This document shows positions 1-10,710 of a DNA stretch of 64,000 nucleotides, in pieces (the first letter of the stretch is position 1; each line of letters opens with the position of its first letter). Below the pieces are notes generated by a model. That model ran no database searches and was not told where the DNA came from. It saw only the letters and a program-made list of their open reading frames with translations. Origin of the DNA: Chiloscyllium plagiosum (taxonomy: Eukaryota); the NCBI RefSeq assembly GCF_004010195.1, contig NC_057750.1:4816745-4880744 (forward strand), in the 5' to 3' direction. A program made the position numbers and the translations under genes.

Positions 1-412
1 TCCACGCCCACCTGAGCATTAAGTCCTGCCTGAATGAGTTGCTGTCTGTCTGATTGCTTGGCAACTCTCTGGGCCCAACAGTGTTGCTGGGGATCTCATG
101 AAACAGTGCCATAAATCAGGCTGGAGGTAAGTAACATGGCCTATTGAAGGCCCAAATAAGGATAATTGTGGTGGTGGTGGCGGCGGTGGAAGCAGTGATG
201 GTCGGAGGCTGTTTAGTTTCAAATACTGCCATTTTAGCGTCATAACAGCACAAGGGCCATTCAGTCTATTGAGACCATTCTGGTTCTTTGTATTACAGTC
301 GAGTCATTTCTAATCCCCCTGCCAAATCCGTAGCCTGCAACTTTACTCTTGTCACTTGCCCATATCCAGTTTACTTCTAAATTACTGATCACCTCAGCTT
401 CTACCCACCCTC

Positions 413-690
413 TTTTTTTTTTAGACACTCCTGATTTTTAAAAAGTTTTTTTTTATTTTCTCCCACTTATTTTTTCCCACAGCCCCCATGTTATGTGCAT
501 GTACAGGTGTGAGACACAGTGAAAGATACAAGGTGCACAAATCTTTATTCAATTTTCCACCACCAGGAAGAAAGGAAACACCCGAGTGGCCAGTGACAAG
601 CAGTGCCTTTCACATCAAAGGGCAATGCTGTGTGATCAAACAGTGAAGGGGAGGGTAGGGAATAAATCAAAATAGAGTTGGAGGGGGAAG
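413..690 (-). mobile_element. Poly(A)-tailed retroposon 3' fragment
   Basis: T-run at 413; 12-bp TSD ctacccaccctc at 401-412 and 691-702. Confidence 0.6.
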
Positions 691-829
691 CTACCCACCC
701 TCATAGGTGTAGTGATTGTAATGAGGTGAGGCAACTGGAAATCATTGAAAATGAGTTCGCTGATTGGGGCTGTTAATCTGGTCCAATCAGGGAGCCCTGA
801 TAAAAAAAGGGTGAATGTCAGAGATACTG

Positions 830-1206
830 ATCTGGAGGTGCTGGTGTTGGACTGGGGTGTACAAAGTTACAAATCACACAACACCAGGTTATAGTCCAAC
901 AGGTTTAATTGGAAGCACTAGCTTTCGGAGCGCTGCTCTTTCATCGGGTAGTTGTGGAGGACACAATTGTAAGACACAGAATTTATAGCAAAAGTTTACA
1001 GTGTGATGTAACTGAAATTATACAACAAACAATCAAGGTATTTTTCAATGTATAATTTCAGTTACATCACACTGTAAACTTTTGCTATAATTTCTGTGCC
1101 ATACAATTGTGTCCTCCACAACTACCCGATGAAGGAGTGGCACTCCGAAAGCTAGTGCTTCCAATTAAACCTGTTGGACTATAACCTGGTGTTTTGTGAT
1201 TTTTAA
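830..1206. mobile_element. Palindromic Penelope-derived element (family A) with hammerhead-like motifs on both strands
   Basis: Arms about 870-1023 and 1050-1205 are inverted; cores at 919-947 (-) and 1126-1154 (+); 13-bp TSD gtcagaRatactg at 817-829 and 1207-1219. Confidence 0.8.
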
Positions 1207-2601
1207 GTCAGAAATACTGGCACTCTGTTACATGACTCTGGATGAGGCAATACTAAAGTCAAGACCTGTTCATATGTAAATAGTGCTGTCAGAAAGTTCC
1301 AGGACTTTGACCCAGTGACAGTCAATGAACAGCAATATATTTCCAAATCAGGATGACATGTGATTTGAAGAAGGATTTGCAGGTGGGGTATTTACATCCT
1401 CCTGTCATTCCTTCTAGATGTTTGGGATTGCAAATTTGAATGAAACTATCAGAGGAGGCTAGTGAGTTAACATCTTGCAGATGGCATAAACTGCAGATGG
1501 CACAAATTGAAGGGATGCCAGTCAAATGGGCTTCTTGAACTTGTTGAGTTTCAAGTTGTTGGAAGTGCATGCAATGAGATAATTAGGGAATATTCCACTT
1601 TCCTCACTTGCGTTTTATAGACAGTGGAACTGAATGGTGAGTGGTGCAAATATGAAAACTAAACAGACACCCAGGACTATGAATGCCGCTATTTATACAC
1701 GTGGCAAGATGGGAACCTCTCAGTTATGCTCCAGCAATGTTAAATCACAGTAGGATATTTCTATTAATACCAAAAAGACGGCATGGGATTTTCTTTTTGT
1801 TAAAATCAGATTCAAATGTCCTGTGTGAATCATCCTTGCTCTGGAGCTGATGTGACTTGCCATTATTGATAAAGCCGCGTTGTTAAATAAGTAGGTCCAT
1901 CAGCACAGACTGCTTTACTGCATAAGGGACTCCTAATGCCTCCAGTGCAAGTCTGCCCTAACATTAACACCATTTTTGCAAGATCTCTCCCAGTAAGATC
2001 GATAGCATTCATTGTATTTAGGACCAATTCAGTGCTGTTGACACCACATAGCATTTGGAACTCTCGACCCAGATGTTGTGGTAGCTCAATCATTGAACTT
2101 GTTCTGGGTCCTAAAGACATCAAGATAGATGGGGGTAGTGGGGGAAATAGCATTGAGGTAGACAATCAGTCATGATCTGTTTGAATGGTTCAACAGGGCC
2201 TTCCCTAGGTCAACCTAAATGTTCTAAGACTGGTCCAAACCCAATGACCCCTTCAAAACTCAACTTGCACAGTAACACCGCAGCCCATCATTCAGGAACA
2301 GCTTTCAGTGAGATTCATTTGCAAGCCATTTTTCTGGAGATCAACATCTAAGTCCATCTGCCTGCCTAACTTTCCTCTCATCCACTCACCTTGTTTAATA
2401 AAGGTGCAGGTTCAATGAAAGTCAAATACATAACTGATATTTTACAGGTACCTCTGTGAGTTATCCTCTATAACAATAGGGTGTTAGTCTCCAAAACAGA
2501 ATAAAAAGCAGGTGAAACAGTGCAGTGAACAGTGGAATATCCTCACACTGTGACCCTCCTTTCAAAATGAACACAGCAGAACCTAGACAATGTCACAATT
2601 A

Positions 2602-2751
<150 letters not shown>

Positions 2752-3269
2752 TCAAGCCAAGGTGCTGTGCAAAAAGCAAAGGGAGAAAAATTCAACATAG
2801 TCAGTAAATGAGAAACTTCTGAATCGCTGCAAGATCATATAAACTTTGCACTGGGAAACAAAGGCAGAGTTAGTGAGGAATTGACAAAAATACAAGGTAC
2901 TTGAAATGGAGCTGGCCCACAATAAAATCTCAAGATGTAAAGTTTCGTGTTATGAACAATTCTCTTGGAAAATAAAATGGAAAATAGCAAGTTTGAATCC
3001 CAGCATCTCCTTCATGGCAATCAACTCAAATTTAACAATTCTTGATGTTGCCACTAGGTGGAGTCTGCTCATCATAAATATAAATACAGTCCTCCCGCTG
3101 ATGCTACGTTGCACAAGATTTGTGCAGTTAAATTCTGCACGCTGGGGAGAGGTGGTTTGGAATTGCTTTGTCAGCTTTGCTACTTTGCAACTATGACTCT
3201 AATCCAACTCTAAAACAAAAAAAAGGGCAAATTGCTAGCAACTATAACTATTTATGCAAAACTGAAAGA

Positions 3270-3571
3270 CAGGTGGCACAGTGGTTAGCTCTGCTGCCTC
3301 ACAGCACCAGAGACCCGGGTTCAATTCCCACCTCAGGCGACTGTGTGTGGAGTTTGCACATTCTCCCCGTGTCTGTGTGGGTTTCCTCCGGGTGCTCTGG
3401 TTTCCTCCCACAGTCCAAAAATGTGCAAGTTAGGTGAGGTGGCCATGCTAAATTGCCAGTAGTGTTAGGTGAAGGGGTAAATGTAGGGGAATGGGTCTGG
3501 GTGGATTTGTTGGGTCGGTGTGGATTTGTTGGGCCGAATGGCCTGTTTTCACACTGTAAGTAATCTAATCT
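3270..3571 (+). mobile_element. HE1-type (V-domain) tRNA-derived SINE
   Basis: A box ggcacagtggttagc, B box gggttcaattccc, V-domain tgtgtggagtttgcacattctccccgtg, tail taatctaatc. Confidence 0.9.
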
Positions 3572-5819
3572 TAAAAAAAAGGGGATTTTCTCACTGTGAT
3601 CGTTTTCACAACTCTTAAGTGACTAACTTGTTCTGTCATATTCATGCATAACACATATAAATATACATAAAGTTTCAACTCACAAATAACTTGTATTTAT
3701 ATAGTACCTTTAACATAATGAAACTCCAAGGAGCTGCAGAAGAGCATTGCAAGGCAAAATTTGGTACATGAAGAGATGTGGGGCAGGTGAAAGAGGGAGG
3801 TTTTAAGGAATGTCTTAAAAGAGGAAAGGAAGCAAAAGAGGAGATGGGTTGGGAAAATTCCAGAGCTTGGAATCTAGGGACTGAAGGCACTACCACCAGT
3901 GATGGAGTTCAAAAAGGCCAGAAGTCGAGCACCAAGGATATCTGAAGCCAAATGCTACAGGCAAAAGGAGGAGCAAAGTCATAAAGGAATGTAAAGATAA
4001 GGATAAGTATTTTAAAACTAATGCATTATTTAAGCAGGAACCAATTACATTATCAAGATTCTGGATGGCTTGCAGAGGGATGCCCAGCAATGCAAAATAC
4101 AGGAAATTGATAAACAATTATATCTCTAAATATCTGCAAACAACTATGTAAGGAAATTCAACATTACAGAACAAGATACAGGTCAGTGATTAAACAAAGC
4201 AGGCCTTCCAAAAATAGGCTTTTTCTAATACATACAATAGGTGGTTACTTCTGTTAAACTGTCTTTAGCAAATAGATTAATAATAGGAACAAATGGCCTG
4301 TATAAGAGACTGTAGGACTTTCAAAGGGGATGCAGTTCTTGCACCAAAATGACCCAGAGTAATTATGCTTCTGGTGCTAGTGCCAGACTGGTAAGAAGGC
4401 GGCAGACTATGTGGCTGACAAGATGGATCCACTATATTCTGCTGTAAATAGGCGCTCCGCTGAACACCTACACATATTTATATACAAATTAGGAGCAGGC
4501 TACCTTGCCCCTTGAGCCCATTCCTTCACTCGATAAGATCAAGGCTGATTTGTTTGTGTTTCAAAATCCACATTCCCATCTACCACCGATGACCTTTTAC
4601 TCCCAAGGCTAACAAAAATCTATTTCCTAGCTTAACAATATTTAATAATCCTGCCTCCGTCGCCTTCTGAGGCAAAGTTCCAGTCTCAGAAACTCCAGAG
4701 AGAGAAAAATCACCTCTCATCTCTTCTAAAGAACTGACAGGGATGTTGAGAACTGAGAGGGGTCAGAACAGAATAGATGGGGCGAAACTGTTTCACTTGG
4801 CTGAAGGATCGAGAAGCAAAGGACAATAAATGAAGGCAAATGGTAAAAGGTATGTCAAAGGTAGTATAAAGAATTTTTTTTACATGGCCAAGTGATTAAG
4901 ATCTGGAATGCGGTAGCAAAGAATGTAGATGAGACAAATTTCAGTTGTTGCTCTCAAAAGAAAATTGGGCCATCATCTGAAAAGGTATGAAATTCTTCTG
5001 CTGATTTTTTTTTTAAAAAGAGTTCATGACCCATATACATTGGAGAATCCTCTTGATGGAAGGGAAAAAGGAATAAAATCTCTCACAATTAAATGGGTTA
5101 TGTGCAAATCCTCCAAATAAGTTTTTAAAAAGAAACTTCAAAGTTGCAATTATTGCCTTCTTGCCAAACCTAGCATTTGCAAAGTTGATCTGCGACTAAA
5201 GAAACATCCTCTCCCACAATACTTTCAAATCTAATACAAAACAAAGAACTGCAGATGCTGGAGATCTAAAACAAAAAAAAACATAAATTGCTGGAGGCAT
5301 GCAGCAAGACTAGCAGCATTTGCTGAGATGGAAAGAGTTAACATTTCGAGACTAGAAGGGTCACTGGATTTAATACATTAATTTTATTTCATTCTTCACA
5401 GATGCTGCCAAACATTACAAGTTCCTTCAACAATTTATGTTTTTGTTTGTTTCACTTTCAAGCTTCCACTAGGAAAACTTGACCAACTTGATCCTGACCA
5501 ACAGGAACGTCCATTGTATTATGCTCACGAAGCAGTTGAGATACAAAGACATATTTGTAACAGTGACCAAACACTGCATTATTTTCACTTTGCAAACTGC
5601 AAAATTGAAAGAAATCATAAAGTCACTAAAGTACAGCACGAAAACAGACCCTTTGGTCCAACTCATCCATGCTGACCAGATATCCTCAACTAATCCAGAC
5701 CCATTTGCCAGCACTTCTATGGGTGGCATGGTGGCTCAGTGGTCAATGCTGCTGCCTCACAGCACTAGGGACCCAGGTCTGAATCCAACCTCGAGTAGCT
5801 GTCTATGTGGAGTTTTGAT

Positions 5820-6030
5820 TTGGAGATGCCGGTGTTGCACTGGGGTGTTCAAAGTTAAAAATCACACAACACCAGGTTATAGTCCAACAGATTTAATTGG
5901 AAGCACACCAGTTTTCGGAGCGACGCTCCTTCATCACCCACTACCATCTGATGAAGGAGCGGCACTCCGAAAGCTAGTGTGCTTCCAATTAAACCTGTTG
6001 GACTATAACCTGGTGCTGTGTGATTTTTAA
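5820..6030. mobile_element. Palindromic Penelope-derived element (family A) nested in an HE1 SINE
   Basis: Inverted arms meeting near 5940; flanking duplication tgtggagttt; intact core on + strand. Confidence 0.8.
5945..5979 (+). ncRNA. Minimal type I hammerhead ribozyme motif
   Basis: cat CUGAUGA a GGAG cggca CUCC GAAA GC UA gug: intact core, helix II, palindromic AGCU helix III. Confidence 0.7.
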
Positions 6031-6218
6031 CTGTGTGGAGTTTGCACGTTCTCCCTGTGCATGCGTGGGTCTCCTCCCACAATCCAAAGATGTGCAGGTC
6101 AGGTGAACTGGCCATGCTAAATTGCCCATAGCGTTTGGGTGCATTAGTCAAAGGGAAATGGGTCTGGGTGGGTTACTCTTCGGGGGGGTTGGTGTGGACT
6201 TGTTGGGCCGAAGGACCG

Positions 6219-6589
6219 TTATTTCAGATTATGAAAGGATTGGACACTCTGGATGCAGGAAACATGTTTCCGCTGATGGGTGAGTGCCGAACCAGAGGAC
6301 ATAGCTTAAAAATACAGGGTAGACCATTTAGGACAGAGATGAGGAGAAACTTCTTCACCCAGAGAGTGGTGGCTGTGTGGAATGCTCTGCCTCAGAGGGC
6401 AGTGGAGGCCCAGTCTCTGGTTTCATTTAAGAAAGAGATGGATAGAGCTCTCAAGGATAGTGGAATCAAGGGTTATGGGGATAAGGCAGGAACAGGATAC
6501 TGATTAAGGATGATCAGCCATGATCATATTGAATGGTGGTGCAGGCTCGAAGGGCAGAATGGCCTACTCCTGCACCTATTGTCTATTGT
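6219..6589 (+). mobile_element. CR1-clade LINE 3' fragment inserted in an HE1 tail
   Basis: TRGHSLKI...RRNFFTQRVVAVWNALP; SINE tail resumes at 6590. Confidence 0.85.
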
Positions 6590-7279
6590 CACACTGTAGG
6601 GAATCTAAACTAATCTAATCATACATTCACTGATCAATTGATAATGTTCATTATACGTTTTCCAAGTCTTGTCTGCATCTGTTCTTATGATAACTGATCC
6701 GCATCATTCAAAGACGATGCTGAGTAATGTAGTTCATTGTAAGGAAATCAATATGCCAACGGATGCATAATAGAACTACAATGCTCAGAGTGCATGGCGA
6801 CCGACACAGAGCATCCCTTGCCACCGCCTCCACTACAGCGAGGACAGAAAAGGACTACAACAACCATGATGCAGAGCGGTGAGGTGCGCATTCACACACC
6901 GTGAATAACAGCAACCAATTGCGCCCCGTCGACAGCAGGTGAGTAACCAGGGTTGGCAGAAGGCGCATGATAGACATTGCTGCCGCGGGCCAATCAACGC
7001 GGCCGCTGAGGAGGTGGGCGGTACGCCATGGCGGTCGGATTCGGTCTAGTAACCAGGGGCAACCCGCGGAGGGCGATGGACGGCGGCGTCGAGCCAATAA
7101 GCGCGGCGACTGAGGAAGAGGGTGGGACGCGTGCCGGAGCCTGGGTAACGGACAGCGAGGGCTGCCCAATGGGCGCGGCGATCGGCGTTCGCAACAGCGA
7201 CCAATTGCCTGCCGGGATGGGCGGTGCTGGGCGGGCGGTTTTTTTTAAAGCCCGGGGTCGGTTGGGCGGCTGCGCAGGC

Positions 7280-7634
7280 GAGTGCGAGAAACATGAAGGC
7301 GAAGCTATGGCAGAAAGGGGGAAGAGCCGAATGCGGCGGGAGCGGAGAGAGAGAGAGGAAAAAAAAACAAAAGCAAGCGACCAAAAAAAAACATGACAAG
7401 CTCTCGACCAATTCCTCTCAGAGACCGAAAAAAAAGGTCTTTAGACTTCCTGAAGAGAGCTACAAAAGTTTTTTTTTCCCCCCTCAACTGAAGCGAACCT
7501 TTTTAGCTTAATTCCTTCAGTGGGATTTTTAAAAAAAATATTTTAATTTCGACTCGCGATCGGGCGCTGAGGCGTTTTCCCCACGCCCTTCCCTTCTCGA
7601 ACGTTCTCGACGGTTTCCCGTCGACAACTATGCT
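7280..7634 (+). other. Putative first exon of an unidentified plus-strand gene (ends ATGCT|gtaagt)
   Basis: Starts about 30 nt after TTTAAA; strong donor GTAAGT at 7635; several upstream ATGs. TSS is inferred. Confidence 0.5.
7593..7612. promoter_or_regulatory. Heat-shock element
   Basis: TTC-tc-GAA-cg-TTC-tc-GAc: three perfect alternating nGAAn units plus a near fourth. Confidence 0.55.
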
Positions 7635-8742
7635 GTAAGTTTTTTTAAAATTTCGTTCCCTCCCGTCAAAAAAAAAATATTTACCAAAAAACAAACCCTC
7701 GTAAAAGTCCGGCGGGTGAGAGAAGGTAAGGAAAGGAGGAGGGGAAAAAAAAAGGGGGGGGCTTTCCCTCCACCTCAACACTACAGCAACCCCCGGGGGC
7801 CCGGAGGAGGACGATGGGCCCGCGGCGGTTCAAATACACACTTTTTTAAAGGTGGCGGGAGGGAGAGAATTTTTTTAAATTTAAAAAAAAATAAAAGGGA
7901 AAGCGCACCTCTTTTTTTTTGTTTTTTCCTTTGATTTTTTTTCCACGGAAGGAGAAGCCGAGTCCGGGTCTGACCGAGACAAAAGGGCCGCCGGTCTGTG
8001 GGGCTGAGAAAATGGCGGCCGTGGGGGGGGGGGTGGGGGGTGACAGGCCCATAGTGCACCGCGCGCCCAGGCCAGGCCAGGCCACCAGCAGACAAGAGGC
8101 CCTAAACTTGGCCAACTTTGCCCCAACCGTTACCACTCGCCCTCCTTTCTTATGTTTTTTTTTAAAAATCTTTTTATTGAGTGTTTCGTTTTATTTTGGT
8201 CTCTTCTTTCCTCTCTCCTCCAGCCACGTCATGCTGCTTCACCCATGGAAAGCAACTCCACTTCATCCGAACCTGACCCAAAACGTGATTTATCTTTACA
8301 GATACTGCCAGACTTGCTGAGCTTTTTCAGCAGCTTTTGTTTATGTTTTGCAGGGTTTGTGGATCTTTTGGTTTTAAAACAGTTTCTCTCCATTTTGGAT
8401 ATTTTGGCCTTTTTGTATGTTGCTTCACCCATGCGAAGCAGCCATTTTCTCTCCCTTTTTGATCACTTGGCCCAACTTTCTTTTATTTTTGTGGGAGGTC
8501 CTGTGTTTTTTTAATCTATCCATAGGCCAGGAACAGGCAGGTGGGACTAGTCTAGTTTGGCATGGACTGGTTCAATCAAAGTGTCTGTTCCTATGCTGTT
8601 TGTTTCTGTGGCACAATTTAAAATTTTTTGAATGGGGCAGCCTTTTTTTAAAATCACTCCCTACTCCAATCAATTTCTCCTCATCATTTTTTAGTTGCCC
8701 CAAGTTTTCATTTCTTGGGGTCAGTCGCAGAGGTTTTTTTTA

Positions 8743-9070
8743 ATCGTTCCATGCTCCAACCAACTTCTCCCTTTTCCTATATTTGAGCCCAAATTTTCAT
8801 TTTATTGGGATGCGGTTCTTCATTTTGTTTTACCCCCTCAATTTTTTTCTTCTTTCCATTGTTTGTTTGATTTTCTTTGATAACTTTTCATTTGCCCCAA
8901 CTCTCATCGTTCCATGCTCCAACCAACTTCTCCCTTTTCCTATATTTCTGAGCCCAAATTTTCATTTTATTGGGATGCGGTTCTTCATTTTGTTTTACCC
9001 TCTCAATTTTTTTCTTCTTTCCATTGTTTGTTTGATTTTCTTTGATAACTTTTCATTTGCCCCAACTCTC
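8743..9070. repeat. Tandem duplication of a 163/165-bp unit
   Basis: 8743-8905 and 8906-9070 are nearly identical. Confidence 0.95.
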
Positions 9071-10269
9071 TAATTTTTGGGCCTGGAGGTCTTGCATTTC
9101 TCCTTATTAATTATAACTTGTCTGCTGTTTTTGTTGGGACTTTTTGAGAGTTACACTTTGTTTTCCTTCCTTTCTTTCACACCTTTCACCTCCCTTAAGC
9201 TAAATGGAATCTTCATCTCATAAGTCAACCAATTTCTCCTCTATTACTTAGTATGTTTGACTCACTGTGTTTATTTGGGTTTTTTGGGTGCATTTCCTCA
9301 CCTCAGTTTTCCTCGCAAAGGATGATCTTCTCATGAGGCAACACTTCTTTCATTTTTAATTCCTTTTTTCATCCAATGTTTTATCATCTTGTGATCAACT
9401 TTCCATTCATCCATGGGATATGAGCTTCATTTGCTAGGCCAGCATCTGTTGCACATCCCAAAGGGCAGACCAGAGCCAACTGCATTGCTATGGGCCTGGA
9501 GTCACATGTAAGCAAGACCTTGTAAGAATGACAGATCTCCTTCTCTAAGGGATAGGGTGATCCAGATGGGACCAATTTCTTTTCAAAGTTTTTGTTGAAT
9601 TCTGATTTTGCCATCTACTATGGTGAAACTGAAACCCAGATAATGACAGGAAGAATTAACCTTTCAATAAGACTCTTCACTGTGGAGTCAGTATTTTTCT
9701 ACACTTTTAAGTCCAGTATGATTTTCCTCAGTCATCTATCCCATCCCTGATGCCGTTTCATTCCGTAATCTTGCAAGATAAAATGTTATGCATGTTATAA
9801 AGTTTGCCCAAACTCAAAGGCATTTGGCATTTTCCAAAAGTTTGTTATCTAATTAAACCTAGAATTGAAACAAATATTTTCTATAGCTTTCCAGAAGTTC
9901 TGAGGGTCCATAAATTTATATTTGGAATGCTGATTTTGAATAAAATTTTCATATCCTTTGAAGAACATGTTTGCTAGCATTTAACTCAATTGCAAACTGG
10001 GACACTACCCTCCAAGTAGGAAGAACTACAAAACTAAACATACCTGTAAAAAAAGTTCCCTTAACTCAAAAGCACAGAATTGTTTGTTTTGAAATTCAGT
10101 TTTGTTGAGAACAGCAATTATTTTATAATGGTTAATTGAATCATTCCAATTACAAGTCTGAAATTAATTGGCAATTTTAAAATTATTAGTATTTTCCCGT
10201 AGTGTTGCATATGTGGGCTGAAAACCTATCATGCTTTTGGGTGAAACTAAGGTAACAGAACAAGGGGAG

Positions 10270-10710
10270 GGGGGCATTGATAAGGTAAATAGACAAGGTC
10301 TTTCCCCCAGGAGCAGTGGAGTCCAGAACTAGAAGGCATAGGTTTAGGGTGAGAAGGGAAAGATTTATAAAAGGACCTAAGGGGAAACATTTTTCAAGCA
10401 AGGGATGGTGCATGTATGGAATGAACTGCCAGAGGAAGTAGTGGAAGCTGGTACAATTACTCATTCAGATGCATTTTAAATGTATATGAATAGGAAGGGT
10501 TTGGAGGAATATGGGCCGGGTGCAGGCAGGTGGGACTAGATTGGGTTGGGATATCTGGTCAGCATAGACGGGTTGGACCAAAGGGTCTGTTTCCATGCTG
10601 TACATCTCTGACTACGTTGGCGAATGGGACCAAATTAATTTAGGATATCTAGTTGACATGGATGAGTTGGACCAAAAGATCTGTTTCTGCACTGTACATT
10701 TCTATGACTA
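10270..10710 (+). mobile_element. CR1 LINE 3' end with duplicated tail
   Basis: agaactagaaggcataggtt...ctgtacatctct tail present twice. Confidence 0.8.

Larger units (their letters stand above)
5720..6218 (+). mobile_element. HE1-type SINE interrupted by a Penelope palindrome
   Basis: Same head and body as 3270-3571, split at about 5815 and 6030. Confidence 0.85.
6780..8150. promoter_or_regulatory. CpG-island promoter, probably bidirectional (H3.3 on minus, unknown gene on plus)
   Basis: CpG-rich. CCAAT at 6915, 6990, 7094, 7166, 7201; GGGCGG boxes 7219-7238; TTTAAA 7244-7249; RFX X-box GTAACCAGGGGCAAC 7049-7063; YY1-like AAAATGGCGGC near 8008. Confidence 0.8.

Noticed and set aside
19..243. 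Proline-rich ORF
   Set aside because: Driven by a GGT/GGC triplet run; not H3 exon 3 and no other support
4250..4470. Minus-strand exon candidate in the H3.3 intron
   Set aside because: Stops in all frames, weak splice signals, no homology recognised
7393..7500. AZIN1/ODC-type conserved uORF (IPLRDRKKR resembles IPPKKRRR)
   Set aside because: Only superficial similarity; no PPW motif or ODC-like exons found
6855..8320. Cluster of ORFs in the CpG island
   Set aside because: Low-complexity GC and homopolymer sequence with no recognisable protein
10203..10251. 49-nt plus-strand exon candidate
   Set aside because: Splicing to ATGCT gives an early stop; no recognisable peptide; could be chance
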